From a virus, in IMG/VR virus record IMGVR_UViG_3300045988_038218, positions 1 through 42,622 of that record: a stretch of 42,622 bases of DNA; one strand, given 5' to 3'. Below, piece after piece: positions 42,160 to 42,622 of the stretch; position 1 is the stretch's first letter; each line of letters starts with the position of its first letter. The notes beneath the pieces were generated by a model that was given only the letters and a program-made list of their open reading frames with translations, ran no database searches and was not told the DNA's origin. The position numbers and the translations under genes are program-made.

Positions 42160-42622
42160 TTACCGCCTTTTACCTGGCTTCGTTTTGAACATCTGTTTTA
42201 CCCGCTCAAATGCGTTGTAATACTCCAAAACGGTATATTGTTTCGGGTGCGGTACGTGTAAATGTTGTGAAAGGGTCAAACACATATTTTCAAACTGTTT
42301 GTCGTACTGTATTTCCATGCTTTCCGACCCGTTGAACGGTTGCGGCTTGTTGTATGTCAACAACTCGGTCGTTATCCGTTCGATTTGCTCCCGGCGGTCG
42401 TCTGTATCCCCGTCAATAATGGCATCCAAAATTAACATCGTGCGTCGTTTCAATTCGTCGAAATACTCCTTTACGCTTGCATCGTCAAACAGCCGGGGGA
42501 AATACAATTGCAATTCCTCATCTATTTTTTTTTTGACCGCTTCCAATTGGGCGGTCAATTCGTTTTGCGGAACCTCGGCGAACAAATCCAATATCTTTTG
42601 CAATCCGTCCGTTGATAGGTCG
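42160..42622 (-). CDS. 3-prime part of the junction-spanning gene (see 1..404)
   Basis: ORF track 42160..42603 begins on TTG (42603-42601). The same frame is open to the window end and continues in the duplicated nt 1-404. Confidence 0.7.
   Translation of the reverse strand, partial: DLSTDGLQKILDLFAEVPQNELTAQLEAVKKKIDEELQLYFPRLFDDASVKEYFDELKRRTMLILDAIIDGDTDDRREQIERITTELLTYNKPQPFNGSESMEIQYDKQFENMCLTLSQHLHVPHPKQYTVLEYYNAFERVKQMFKTKPGKRR
42524..42622. repeat. Terminal direct repeat, copy 2
   Basis: Identical to nt 1-99. Confidence 0.95.

Noticed and set aside
42523-42537. A10 tract (GTC AAA AAA AAA ATA) in the gene upstream of the tape measure as the G/GT tail-chaperone frameshift site
   Set aside because: Both the -1 frame (AAT AGA TGA) and the +1 frame (TAG) terminate within three codons. 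Slippage would truncate rather than extend the protein, and no downstream extension ORF exists. It remains a possible slippage or indel hotspot only.

Overview
The window is one complete, circularly closed genome of a tailed dsDNA phage. Nt 1-99 are repeated exactly at 42524-42622, so the unique length is 42,523 nt, and one gene runs across the junction. Every gene I can support (about 60 CDS plus one tRNA) lies on the minus strand. Genes are tightly packed, with many ATGA or TAATG stop-start overlaps. The layout below follows the direction of transcription (descending coordinates). (1) A single ~300-nt non-coding hub (30918-31223) holds the terminator of the late operon and a canonical Bacteroidota-type promoter (TTTG-N18-TAtaTTTG). 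(2) A first-transcribed accessory operon (30917-29695) encodes small proteins, a minimal HtpX/M48-like membrane HExxH protein and a frameshifted zinc-ribbon ORF. (3) A second promoter, a Cro-like XRE regulator and a recombination/replication module follow. The module contains a PD-(D/E)XK nuclease, a 242-aa partner, a winged-helix initiator with five internal iterons (putative ori), a RuvC-like resolvase, tRNA-Gln(UUG), an SMC/Rad50-like ATPase, a TIGR02757/DUF2400 glycosylase-like protein, a DnaQ-like exonuclease and SSB. (4) An accessory island (16159-12087) encodes an SplB-like radical SAM protein, an ASCH protein, a lipoprotein and a MazG fusion, and it ends at a terminator (12054-12082). 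(5) The late operon runs HNH, TerS, TerL, a 213-aa abundant-protein candidate, portal, scaffold, major capsid and head-tail genes. It then crosses the junction to the 1160-aa tape measure, a low-GC baseplate/tail-fibre module with an SGNH esterase, and a holin / GH19 endolysin / spanin-like lysis cassette. Three NUMOD4-HNH homing-endonuclease paralogs sit at module boundaries. I recognise no integrase, DNA polymerase, primase, helicase or methyltransferase. The most unusual signals are: an exact 11-nt stop-start cassette (TAGAGCGATGA) reused at four early-gene starts; the radical SAM/ASCH/MazG island; the DUF2400-like fusion protein; a 20-nt direct repeat bracketing the ATPase+tRNA block; and a 33-nt element shared by the leaders of two structural genes. 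All family names come from motif recognition by eye. No searches were run, so functional calls are hypotheses graded by the stated confidence.
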